64,000 nucleotides of DNA, from NCBI GenBank assembly GCA_041661625.1, contig JBAZUB010000002.1, forward strand, positions 28,059 to 92,058. Direction: 5' to 3'. A model generated the notes under the pieces. The model searched no databases. It saw nothing but the letters and a program-made list of their open reading frames with translations, and was not told where the DNA came from. The DNA is from Patescibacteria group bacterium (GTDB taxonomy: Bacteria; Patescibacteriota; Patescibacteriia; JAHIZJ01). Shown one piece after another: positions 49,801 through 58,890 of the stretch (its first letter is position 1; each line of letters begins with the position of its first letter). The translations under genes were made by a program, and so were the position numbers.

Positions 49801-50271
49801 GGCGCCGTAGTAACGGCGGCCGCGATAGAGCTCCGAAGTAAAAAACACTCCGGCTGATCGGATCAGCTGGGATACTACGACGCGCTCAATGCCATTGATA
49901 ATGAAGGTGCCGCGGTCAGTCATCAACGGAAAGTCGCCCAAATAGACCTCTTGTTCCTTGATTTCACCGGTTTTCTTGTTGACCAGTCGGCAATTGACCC
50001 GGAGAGCGGCCTCATAGGTCAGATTCTTGGCTTTGGCCGTATTTTCGTCGAATCTGGGCTCATCCAGGTAGTAATTCTCGAAGTATAACTCAAGATTCCG
50101 GCCAATATACTCTTGGACGGGTGAAATCTCTTCAAATAGCTCTTTTAACCCCTCACGAAAAAACCAGTCATACGACTTGCGCTGGATTTCGATCAGATTG
50201 GGTAACGATATTGCTTCGCGCAGGGGCTTAAAGTACTTGCGCTCCTGCCTTTTAGTATGCAATTGAGACAT
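46837..50271 (-). CDS. rpoB: RNA polymerase beta subunit
   Basis: SQLSQFMDQTNPL, GDKLAGRHGNKG, GGQRFGEMEVWALE. Confidence 0.99.
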   Translation of the reverse strand: MSQLHTKRQERKYFKPLREAISLPNLIEIQRKSYDWFFREGLKELFEEISPVQEYIGRNLELYFENYYLDEPRFDENTAKAKNLTYEAALRVNCRLVNKKTGEIKEQEVYLGDFPLMTDRGTFIINGIERVVVSQLIRSAGVFFTSELYRGRRYYGAKIIPNRGAWLELETDYNNVIIVKIDRKRKVPITSLLRAFGVGSDEELKKLFEGADANPDVQYITKTIEKDAARSEAEGLKEVYKRIRPGDLATVDNARELIFKMFFSFDRYDFGRVGRYKINQRFGFDIPNNKETRILRIDDLVSIIKEIIDLNNTQREADDIDHLGNRRVRAIGELVQNKFRVGLSRMERIIRDRMSTMDVNTLTPSQLINARPVMGSVKEFFMSSQLSQFMDQTNPLAELEHKRRLSAMGPGGLSRERAGFDVRDVHRTHYGRICPIATPEGPNIGLVGHLTTYARVNDFGFIETPYCKIYNEIENKPSKTVNRIARENITDAQGKVITKAGELITKEVAEHIASNGQSMIAIRPHVSDELVYLDAFEEERYISTAATTPVDEYNNLAFDRAEARKHGEPAIVPTEQINLMAVAPNQIISVATSLIPFVENDDATRALMGTNMQRQAVSCIRPQAPIVGTGVEARAARDSGHVVLNTKPGRVIKCQASEVQVLADDGTTQVYPMGNFVRSNAATCMNQHVLVDVGQKLQAGDVIADGASTENGELALGQNVLVAFIPWDGGNYEDAILLSERLVQNDVFSSIHIEDYSVDVRDTKLGPEVVTRDIPNVSEEKLKDLDEEGVVRIGAEVSSGDILVGKITPKGETELSAEEKLLRAIFGEKAKDVKDSSLYLEHGEHGKVVDIKIFSKETGDKLPAGVIKTIQVSVAQLRKVQVGDKLAGRHGNKGVISRIVATEDLPFLEDGRPVDIILNPLGVVSRMNLGQILETHIGFAAHQLGYKVATPTLDGMSDVQIREELKKAGLPEDGKVSVYDGRTGRPFDQKVTVGYIYMLKLNHLVEDKIHQRSIGPYSLVTQQPLGGKAQFGGQRFGEMEVWALEAYGAAHTLQEMLTIKSDDVPGRSKAYEAIIKGEPINKINIPESFNVLVRELKGLALDVELLGSDGQPIQEKIETSADIEAPVETPPEPEPKKRESKNKK

Positions 50272-50611
50272 AAAACTCCACCCTCTCCCGTGTCGCCAGC
50301 CAGGAGACGGGGTATGAATCTATAAAATTGGCTCAATTTCGCCTGAAAAACCCTATATTTACGCCTAACATGTAAATTGATGATAACACAAAAAACCAAG
50401 TTGTCAACATATACGGTTCAGGGTGTCAAAAACGTACTAAAAAAACCTAATATTAGCCAATTAGTTGAAATTTTTGGCTAACGGTAAATAAAATGAACAC
50501 TTTATTGTGCACAGTCAATAGACAAGTTATCCACAGTTATTATTTAGAAAATGAAACCAGGCTCATATGTGAGCCTGGAGACATATTTTCTAGCAGATAT
50601 TGCAGCAAATA

Positions 50612-53600
50612 CTAACGCAATTCGTATTTCATGTAATAGGCCGATACGATCTTCTGCTTGATCAGACGCCCCGAAAGGTTAAGACAGGGCATATATGCGT
50701 AACACGTACCCCGATATTTATCACCACTGGCGCAGATATTAACATATGTATTATCAATACAAACCTGGCTTGGCGTGTCGCTATAGGGGTAATCCGGGTC
50801 TACCAGATAGGCCGCTCCGGTGCAGGATCCATTAAGATAGTAATTGGTGCCATACGCATCAGCCGAAACCTCGGTAGAATTGGGCGGACAAATCAATCCA
50901 CCGGCTGCATATGCCAAACTGCTAGAAATGGCGGAGCCGGTATCGTACCAGAATTTAACGCCGGTTGCCGTGTTGTCTCTGGTGGTGCCGGTGGTATAGA
51001 TATAACGCCCGAGGCAGACATCGGTACCGATTTCGCAGACACTTATCGAAACCGGCTTATCGCGACCTTGAAGTATCAGGTGGTTAGGAATACCGACCTT
51101 GCCGGAAAAAGTCGCTGCCCATCCGGTGCCGTCCTGTTGAGCGTACAGGGCCGAGCCCGACGCATTATTGGCATATATGCCCAACCCATCATTAGCATTG
51201 CCCGTGTTTGATGATCCAGCATTGATAGTTAACTTGGCATTGGGTCCGGTTTGTCCAATGCCGACCTTGCCGGTTCCGGTTATGTTTAGATCGCTTCGAC
51301 CCTGTGTTCCGAGCGACAGTATTTTATTTTCGTAGGAACCCACGTAGGCTTCTCCGGTGCCCGCTATGGAAATTTCCAGCCCGTCCCCGGCCGTTTGTCC
51401 GGTGTTCGTATTTTGCAGCAGCAGTACCGTGGGTGAGGCCGTGTCTTTGTACATATTCAGGAGAGACCTAGGAGTTGTTGTGCCCACGCCAACATTACCG
51501 CCCGTGAGAATAGTGATTCGGTCTTCGTTGCCACTACCATTTGCTAAGCGCAGGTCATTGCCGGCAGTGTACACACTGGCATAACCGGCCGCCGGCTTGA
51601 ACTTCAATAAACTGCCGGTGGTGCTAAACTGTATGTTGCCGGCAACGGTAAGTTTCTCGGTCAGGGTAGCGGTGCCAATGCCTACGTTGGTTCCATTATC
51701 AAATATTTGGGAGTCGCCCAGTGTGGTGCCGGCCGTGAATTTTGGTAAATAGTTGATTGTGCCCGAACCACCAATTCCGCCGCCACCCAGGTCGTCAGTT
51801 TCGCATGTCACCGACCCGTCAGCCGCGATTGCTCTAATCGAACTGCCGGCCGCGCAATCGGAAAAATATTTGGTCGTGCCATCCAGCTTGTATATGCTGC
51901 TCGCTATCGCTAAGCCGCCGCTATTGTTCAAGCGCAGATACTCGACACCGCCCTTGTAGAATCTAATCCCCTCCTTGCCTTCGATGGTCAGCGCTTGATT
52001 TGGCGTAAGATTGCTGGCGACTCCAATTAGACCGATTCGATCAGTTGTCATGCCGCCAATGATGAGCGCGTCAGCATCAGATCGCGCGCTGACTTGGCCC
52101 GAGAAGTACCCCGCATAACCAGCCGCGTTAGTCTGCTCACCGTAGATGGCCGCGTTAGCCGAATTGTTTTTTACCGATAGTTGCGTTGAATCACCAATAT
52201 TATTATGCCCAATTGCCACCTTGTCAGTCGCCTCATTGTTGGGATTGATAGTGTTGGCGCTGGCACCGGCTTCCCAGAGGCTAGACCCTCCAGCTATGGC
52301 CCAAGAGAGATTGCCCGAGCCATCGTTCTTTAAATAGGTACCTACACCACCCTGCGCATTTGGCCAAGAGTAGGTAATGTTTCGTAATTTAATGATATTG
52401 CCCGTGGAGTCGACCTGGAACTGGTGGCTGCTGCCGACCGTGAGAAGGGAAGTGGGGGCGGTATCACCAATGCCAACATTGCCGCCGGTCAAAATAGTGA
52501 TACGGTCTTCGTTGCCATTACCATTAGCTAGGCGCAGATCAGTGCCGGTGGTATATATGCTGGCGAAACCGGCGGTCGGTTTAAATTTCAGTAAACCGCC
52601 GGTTGTACTTAGTTGAATGTTGCCTGCTATGGTAAGCTTTTCAGTCATCGTGGTGGTTCCAATGCCAACATTGCCATTCATCAAGGCGGTTCGCCCCGAG
52701 AAGTAACCGGCGAACCCCGCGGCGTTCAGCTGTTCAGCATAAATTGCCGAATTAACAGAATTATTATAGGTGGCGAAAGCGGTCAGATCACCCTCGGTTG
52801 CTTGACCTACCCGGACCTTGTCATCGATCTCGGCCGGATAAACACTGTTAACGCCATTATGCGTCCAGAGAGTGTTGATCTGCAATCGATGATTCCCGCC
52901 CCCGACATTAATTTCCTGAGTCCAGATGCCGGTGCCGTTAACTAATTCGCTGCCGAGATATTCTGGAGTAGCATCTGCCGCGCTAGTCATGACCATGAAA
53001 GTGTCAGAACCAGCCGCACCGAAATCGTCGAATTCACAGGTTACGGTGCCATCAGCCGCGATGGCTCGGATAGAATTGCCAGCCGCACAGTCCGCAAAAA
53101 ACTTGGTTGTGCCGTTCAGCTTGTACAGTCCACCCGACATAGCCAAGTCGCCGTCGATACCCAGCTCTTGATTTGGGCTGACGGTATTGATACCCATCCG
53201 GCCTCCCATAACAACGGTTTTACCAGAAAAATATCCTGCATACCCATTGGCGTTAGCTTGTTCGAAATATCCTGCGGCATTCAATGAGCCGTTCTTCACG
53301 GATAATTGCGTCGAATCACCAATATTATTGTGCCCAATTGCCACCTTGTCGGTCGTCTCGTTAATCGGATTGATCGTGTTCGCGGTCGCGCCGGCTTCCC
53401 AGAGGCTGGCGCCCGCACCCTGATCGACGCCACAGAAAAGATTGCCATTGGCGTCGACGTCGACCGTGTTATTTCCGGTGCAGCCTGTGAGGCCGGGGAT
53501 TCTGATGGTGCCATCTCCGAGTATGCGCATTCGCTCAGCAAAAGCGCCGGTGTTCGTAGTGAAGAAAATCATGTCAAAGGTGTTGGATCCGAGTTGCCGC

Positions 53601-54349
53601 TCGACCGCAATCCGGCCGTTCGAACCATCCGGCCCCCAGGGGAATCCCGCCGAACCGCCAAAGCGCCAGTCGATACCCATGGCGTTCGAACCGTTGTTAT
53701 CCAAACTATCGATGGTAAACATAGACTTGTAGCCGACCACGCTCGCTCCAACGGCCAGTGGCGCGCTGGGATTGTTTGTGCCAATGCCGACATTCCAGCT
53801 CAAGTTGGTGGGATACAGATTCGCGCCAACCTGGGTCCAAAAACCGCCACCTCCGCCACCCCCGCAACCCAACGTTCCCTCGTTGTCCGTGCTGACACCG
53901 CCGCAACCGGCACCGCCATTGATCAGATTCTGCACGGATAGTTGGCCCACATTCGCTCCAGCCTGAGAGATTTTTACTTTACCTTGCAGTTCAATGTGAT
54001 CACCTATGTCGCCGGGTGAAACATAGAGCGTGTTGGCGCCGAAGTTAATATGCGGTTTGGCCAAGTCGGCGCCATTAAACCAAAAAATACCAGTATTGTC
54101 GTACGGTATGTACAGGCTACCGGATGAAACGCTCAGGAATTCCCCCGCCACGGTCAATGAGCCATTCTTTGTTTGAGGTGAAGACGAGGTATTGATCGGC
54201 GCGGCGACATTGCCCCCCGGCGGTGCACTTTCGGGAGGAGACCAAGCCGCTAGCGCTTGGCCAACCGGTGCCGATAATGCCACGCACAAGAGCACCGGCA
54301 TGACCATTAGGTACACCAGCTTTGAGCCACGGAATAGATTTGATTTCAT
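50612..54349 (-). CDS. secreted tail-fibre-like repeat protein, paralog A (Cys-rich C-terminal tip)
   Basis: signal peptide, WSPPESAPPGGNVAAPIN, many GNVGIGT repeats. Confidence 0.8.
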   Translation of the reverse strand: MKSNLFRGSKLVYLMVMPVLLCVALSAPVGQALAAWSPPESAPPGGNVAAPINTSSSPQTKNGSLTVAGEFLSVSSGSLYIPYDNTGIFWFNGADLAKPHINFGANTLYVSPGDIGDHIELQGKVKISQAGANVGQLSVQNLINGGAGCGGVSTDNEGTLGCGGGGGGGFWTQVGANLYPTNLSWNVGIGTNNPSAPLAVGASVVGYKSMFTIDSLDNNGSNAMGIDWRFGGSAGFPWGPDGSNGRIAVERQLGSNTFDMIFFTTNTGAFAERMRILGDGTIRIPGLTGCTGNNTVDVDANGNLFCGVDQGAGASLWEAGATANTINPINETTDKVAIGHNNIGDSTQLSVKNGSLNAAGYFEQANANGYAGYFSGKTVVMGGRMGINTVSPNQELGIDGDLAMSGGLYKLNGTTKFFADCAAGNSIRAIAADGTVTCEFDDFGAAGSDTFMVMTSAADATPEYLGSELVNGTGIWTQEINVGGGNHRLQINTLWTHNGVNSVYPAEIDDKVRVGQATEGDLTAFATYNNSVNSAIYAEQLNAAGFAGYFSGRTALMNGNVGIGTTTMTEKLTIAGNIQLSTTGGLLKFKPTAGFASIYTTGTDLRLANGNGNEDRITILTGGNVGIGDTAPTSLLTVGSSHQFQVDSTGNIIKLRNITYSWPNAQGGVGTYLKNDGSGNLSWAIAGGSSLWEAGASANTINPNNEATDKVAIGHNNIGDSTQLSVKNNSANAAIYGEQTNAAGYAGYFSGQVSARSDADALIIGGMTTDRIGLIGVASNLTPNQALTIEGKEGIRFYKGGVEYLRLNNSGGLAIASSIYKLDGTTKYFSDCAAGSSIRAIAADGSVTCETDDLGGGGIGGSGTINYLPKFTAGTTLGDSQIFDNGTNVGIGTATLTEKLTVAGNIQFSTTGSLLKFKPAAGYASVYTAGNDLRLANGSGNEDRITILTGGNVGVGTTTPRSLLNMYKDTASPTVLLLQNTNTGQTAGDGLEISIAGTGEAYVGSYENKILSLGTQGRSDLNITGTGKVGIGQTGPNAKLTINAGSSNTGNANDGLGIYANNASGSALYAQQDGTGWAATFSGKVGIPNHLILQGRDKPVSISVCEIGTDVCLGRYIYTTGTTRDNTATGVKFWYDTGSAISSSLAYAAGGLICPPNSTEVSADAYGTNYYLNGSCTGAAYLVDPDYPYSDTPSQVCIDNTYVNICASGDKYRGTCYAYMPCLNLSGRLIKQKIVSAYYMKYELR

Positions 54350-54511
54350 ATGGGAGTATTTTATATTAACCGGCTGATATTATACCATAAATAATCCCGC
54401 CGACACAATGTGGTGCATGCAGCCATAACAAACCAGACCCATAAATGGGTCTGGTTATTCTATTTCGGTTTTAGTTTATTTCTGATTGTTGGCCTGGATG
54501 AATCAGGCTGG

Positions 54512-57500
54512 TTATTTGACCTTTTGCTCCAGTCGATCGAGGCGGGCGGTGAGTTCATCGATCGTATGGCTCTGCTTATCGATAATCTGACTCTGTTCCT
54601 GGATCGCCTTGACCATTGGGGCCATCAAGTCGTTGTAACGAAGATTTCTGGTCTTTTCGGCATCGTTATCTATCAATAGCATGTTGTATTCATCGGGCGA
54701 CACGAGCTTCTCAATATCCTGGGCGATGAAGCCGAAGTCAGTCTTGCCGTTGCCGTTCTTCATATTGTACTGCACCGGGCGCAAGCTGTTTATGAAACCC
54801 AGCCCGAGCGAACTATCCTTGATGTTCTCTTTCAACCTGACATCCGAAGGGGAGGAGAATGCAACCTGGATAGTGGCCGATGAAATACTGGCGTTACCAA
54901 TCCGGACTGAATTAGATGCGCTCGTGGTCGCCCCATATCCGATATTGATGGTGTTCTCCAGTGCTCCCGAGGTTGGCCCAGATCCGCGTCCAATGCCCAC
55001 ATTGAAATTTCCGGAGGTAACATTCTCGAGCGCCAGGTAGCCAGCGGACACATTGTATCCGCCGGATACATTGTTGAGCTGACTTCGAGTTCCGATCGCG
55101 ACGTTACCGGCGGCCGTCGTAAGGGCTGTTAGAGCTGATCTACCCACAGCTACGTTGGATGAACTAGTGGTAGATTTCAGTGCTTGAAAGCCAACCGCCG
55201 TGTTTTCGAATGTGTTGGTAATACTAGACAGGGCCTGATAACCGATGGCGGTTTGCTGCGTAGCAGTCGTAATGCTAGCGCCAGCGCCGTTGCCAAATAT
55301 AGTGTTACCATCAACATTGCCCGAACCGCGCCCAGCCCGCAGACCATTGATTGTGATATCACCGTCGAAATATCCGGCCCACTCACCTGCGCCGGTGTTC
55401 CCGCCTACCGAGCCATAGACGCCCGCGCAGGTGCCGGTGCAATTCGACCCCGCCACTAATTCGCCATAGACACCGCTGCCATTTACTCCGGAACCACTGT
55501 TGCCTTTGTAGCCGGATACTGCGTTGTAGTTCGAACTGGAATTGTTATAGGCTGAAACGGTGTTATTTACTGTGTAACCACTCGCGCCGGTTGCGGAAAC
55601 GGTTAACAACGACGCGGGACTAGTGTTGCCGATACCGACCTGACCACCGTTCAACATATACATCACATTGGTCGAAGAGTTATTCCGGATATTCCATCCA
55701 CCGCTGCCGAAATTGGTATACATGACATTATCAGTCCAGCGCGGCCACATCCAGGCATTCCATGCGCCGGCGCTGTCTTTGGCTTCCATAATTTGTCCAT
55801 TGCCTTGCCCGATCGTGCCGTTAACATGAAGAGTCCGCTCGGGAGTTATAGTATTAATGCCAACATTGCCGCCGGTTAAAATGGTAATACGGTCTTCGTT
55901 GCCACTGCCGTTAGCCAGTCGCAGGTCGGTGCCGGCGGTATATATACTGGCAAAACCGGCGGTTGGTTTTAGTTTCAGCTGGCCTCCCGCCGTGCTTAGT
56001 TGAACATTGCCCGCGATCGTAAGTTTTTCGGTAGGTGTTGTCATGCCGATGCCGACGCTACCCGCCCCAGTGATGCTTAGATCGTTTCGGCCCTGGGTGC
56101 CGAGAGATAAAGATCTATTTTCATATGAACCAACATAGGCGTCGCCCAACGCTGCGACCGAAACTTCCAGACCATCACCGTTGGTATTGCCAGTGGTCGC
56201 GTTTTGCACTAATAGAACCGAGCTCCCTCCAATTGGGTTATATAAATCCAGCCGGGAGGCAGGTGTGCTTGTGCCGATACCGACATTACCGGACGTATCA
56301 ACAAACAAGCCTTCATTACCGCCATCATTCGAAACCCAATAGCCGCTCATTCTTAAGTTGGCTCTGGCAATATGATCGCCCAGGTTATCTCCCACGGCTC
56401 CGCCATCGTCAGTCTCGCAAGTCACAGTACCGTCAGCAGCGATAGTTTTGATCGACAGATTTGCACCGCTGCAGGTATCGGCAAAAAACTTTGTTGCGCC
56501 GTCCAGTTTATAGATGCCGCCGGACATTGCCAGGTCGCCACTTAGTCCAAGTTCCTGGTTCGGTGTGGCGGTGCCAACGCCGAGGCGGCCGCCCATTACC
56601 ACGGTTTTGCCTGATAGGTAAGCGGCATATCCCGCGGCATTGGCTTGTTCAAAGTAGGCCGCGGAGTTAGCTGAATTATTTTTTACCGACAACTGGGTTA
56701 AATCGCCGATGTTGTTATGCCCAATCGCCACCTTATCCGTCGCCTCGTTTATCGGATTGATCGTGTTCGCGCTCGCGCCTACCTCCCACAAATTGGAACC
56801 GCCGGCGGGCAACCAGGTTAAATTGCCCGAGCCGTTATTGGTGAGCACAGTACCGGCTCCGCCTTGGCCAACAGGCCAAGAGTAGGTTACGTTTCTAATT
56901 CGGATGGGATTGCCATTAGAATCAACTTGAAACAGGTCGCCGCTACCGACCGTCAAAAGGGAGGCGGGGGTGGTATCGCTAATGCCAACATTGCCACCGG
57001 TTAAAATGGTAATACGGTCTTCGTTGCCATTGCCGTTAGCCAGCCGCAGGTCGGAACCAGTGGTATACAAACTGGCAAAACCAGCTGACGGTTTTAATTT
57101 CAACAAACTACCAACCGTACTGAACTGAATGTTACCAGCAATCGTTAGTTTTTCAGTCAGGGTAGTGGTCCCAATGCCGACATCGCCGTCCATCATCGCG
57201 GTTTTACCGGAAAAATAGGCGGCATAACCGGAGGCGTAGGCCTGCTCAAAGTAGGCCGCTGAGTTAACTGAACTATTTTTTACTGACAACTGCGTTGAAT
57301 CGCCGATAACATTGTGTCCAATGGCCACCTTATCGCTGGCTTCATTTACTGGATTGATCGTATTCGCGGTCACACCGACTTCCCAGAGACCACTGCCACC
57401 CGAGGACGCGATTTGGATCTGTTCATTGCCGCCGGCATTTAGTTTTGTCAGAGTAATATTCGAACCGGCCGATAATTTATCCTGGAGGTAACTAGCGATC

Positions 57501-58756
57501 GAATCCGTGGCCGATGCCTTAACCAATTCATCGGTACCGCCCAGGCCACCCGTTAGGTCAGTGGCGCAGATTAACTGCCCGTTGTTGTCCGCTTTTACCG
57601 TGTTGGCGCCAAGACAAGCGCCGCCAGCCAAGCTAGCTATTCGGGCGCTGCCCACGACGTCGAGTTGATAACTTGGATCGGTCGTTCCAATGCCGACGAA
57701 ACCGCCGAAGATAGAGAAGTCATAATTGTTCGACAGTATTAAGTCAAAATGTCGCGGGCTGTTTTTTGATCCCAAGCCAAGCTTGGCTGCGGTTAGGCCA
57801 TTGTTTAGCCACCAAATATATGGATTTTCGGCTATCGTCGGGTTTTCTTCATTAAGCATCAGCGTGTTTTGGTCGAAAGTCAGCGTGCCCCAGTTTGTGT
57901 CCCAAGGTTTGTTTTCAGAGACTCTGAAACCACCAGAAAAGTAGCCGGCATAACCGAATTGGCTATTCTGTTCTGCGTAGATGGTCGAATTGATGGAATT
58001 ATTAATAACCGACAACTGGGTGGAATCACCGATATTATTGTGCCCAATGGCCACCTTATCGGTCGTCTCGTTTATCGGGTTGATCGTGTTGGCACTCGCG
58101 CCAGCTTCCCACAGGCTAGAGCCACCACCCGAAGCGGCGATCTGAATCTGCTCGTTACCGCCCGGATTTATGGTGGTTAAAGTTACGTTCGCGCCGGCCG
58201 ACAATTTATTAATCAGATAATCCGCCGTCGTATCGAGGTTGGATATTTTTACCAATTTATCATCGCCGCCTGGTCCGACGCCCACCTCATCTGTCGTACA
58301 TACCAGTTTGCCAGCCAGGTCGGTTTTTAGAGTATTTACACCCGTGCATCCAGCCACATTCGGGAATGTTAGATCGCCCTGTAGTTCAATATGATTGTTA
58401 ATCAAGTCACCCGGAGAAATATATAGCGTATTGGTTAGAAAATTTATATGCGGTTGTTCCAAATGGGGCAGGTCGGTCTCGTCGGACCAAAAAATACCCT
58501 TTTCACTACCCGGAATGTACAAATCCCCAGTTGCTAATTTCAGAAAATTGCCGGCCACGGTCAGATCGCCCTGCTTGGTCTGGGGTGTGGCTGATGTATT
58601 GATCGGCGCGGCTACGTTGCCTCCCGGCGGGATGGTTGTCGGGACGGTCCAGGACGCGAACGCCTGCCCGGCAAGTGTAAATAGTGCCACGCATAATAAC
58701 ACCGGCATAGCCACTGGGTACATCAGCTTGAAGCCTCTAAATAGGTTGGGTTTCAT
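54512..58756 (-). CDS. secreted tail-fibre-like repeat protein, paralog B, with C-terminal peptidase S74 intramolecular chaperone
   Basis: GNVGIG repeats, NTAVG head repeats, PSDVRLKENI...GFIAQD...LRYNDL..PMVKAIQE + coiled coil. Confidence 0.85.
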   Translation of the reverse strand: MKPNLFRGFKLMYPVAMPVLLCVALFTLAGQAFASWTVPTTIPPGGNVAAPINTSATPQTKQGDLTVAGNFLKLATGDLYIPGSEKGIFWSDETDLPHLEQPHINFLTNTLYISPGDLINNHIELQGDLTFPNVAGCTGVNTLKTDLAGKLVCTTDEVGVGPGGDDKLVKISNLDTTADYLINKLSAGANVTLTTINPGGNEQIQIAASGGGSSLWEAGASANTINPINETTDKVAIGHNNIGDSTQLSVINNSINSTIYAEQNSQFGYAGYFSGGFRVSENKPWDTNWGTLTFDQNTLMLNEENPTIAENPYIWWLNNGLTAAKLGLGSKNSPRHFDLILSNNYDFSIFGGFVGIGTTDPSYQLDVVGSARIASLAGGACLGANTVKADNNGQLICATDLTGGLGGTDELVKASATDSIASYLQDKLSAGSNITLTKLNAGGNEQIQIASSGGSGLWEVGVTANTINPVNEASDKVAIGHNVIGDSTQLSVKNSSVNSAAYFEQAYASGYAAYFSGKTAMMDGDVGIGTTTLTEKLTIAGNIQFSTVGSLLKLKPSAGFASLYTTGSDLRLANGNGNEDRITILTGGNVGISDTTPASLLTVGSGDLFQVDSNGNPIRIRNVTYSWPVGQGGAGTVLTNNGSGNLTWLPAGGSNLWEVGASANTINPINEATDKVAIGHNNIGDLTQLSVKNNSANSAAYFEQANAAGYAAYLSGKTVVMGGRLGVGTATPNQELGLSGDLAMSGGIYKLDGATKFFADTCSGANLSIKTIAADGTVTCETDDGGAVGDNLGDHIARANLRMSGYWVSNDGGNEGLFVDTSGNVGIGTSTPASRLDLYNPIGGSSVLLVQNATTGNTNGDGLEVSVAALGDAYVGSYENRSLSLGTQGRNDLSITGAGSVGIGMTTPTEKLTIAGNVQLSTAGGQLKLKPTAGFASIYTAGTDLRLANGSGNEDRITILTGGNVGINTITPERTLHVNGTIGQGNGQIMEAKDSAGAWNAWMWPRWTDNVMYTNFGSGGWNIRNNSSTNVMYMLNGGQVGIGNTSPASLLTVSATGASGYTVNNTVSAYNNSSSNYNAVSGYKGNSGSGVNGSGVYGELVAGSNCTGTCAGVYGSVGGNTGAGEWAGYFDGDITINGLRAGRGSGNVDGNTIFGNGAGASITTATQQTAIGYQALSSITNTFENTAVGFQALKSTTSSSNVAVGRSALTALTTAAGNVAIGTRSQLNNVSGGYNVSAGYLALENVTSGNFNVGIGRGSGPTSGALENTINIGYGATTSASNSVRIGNASISSATIQVAFSSPSDVRLKENIKDSSLGLGFINSLRPVQYNMKNGNGKTDFGFIAQDIEKLVSPDEYNMLLIDNDAEKTRNLRYNDLMAPMVKAIQEQSQIIDKQSHTIDELTARLDRLEQKVK

Positions 58757-58890
58757 ATGTAAAATATTTTATATAAACCAACTTTATTATACTAAGATTG
58801 ATATAATGAAGCAAGGCGCAAAGAAACAGCGACCACAATCCGATCGCCGTTTCTTTCGTTACTATTCTGTTTGCTATCTAGGTCGATCCA

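Noticed and set aside
50527-50535. Perfect DnaA box TTATCCACA upstream of rpoB as oriC
   Set aside because: Only one perfect box and no dnaA/dnaN nearby; insufficient for an origin call
50600-51211. 203-aa plus-strand ORF and other antisense ORFs in rpoB/rpoC/fibre genes
   Set aside because: Shadow ORFs opposite well-supported genes
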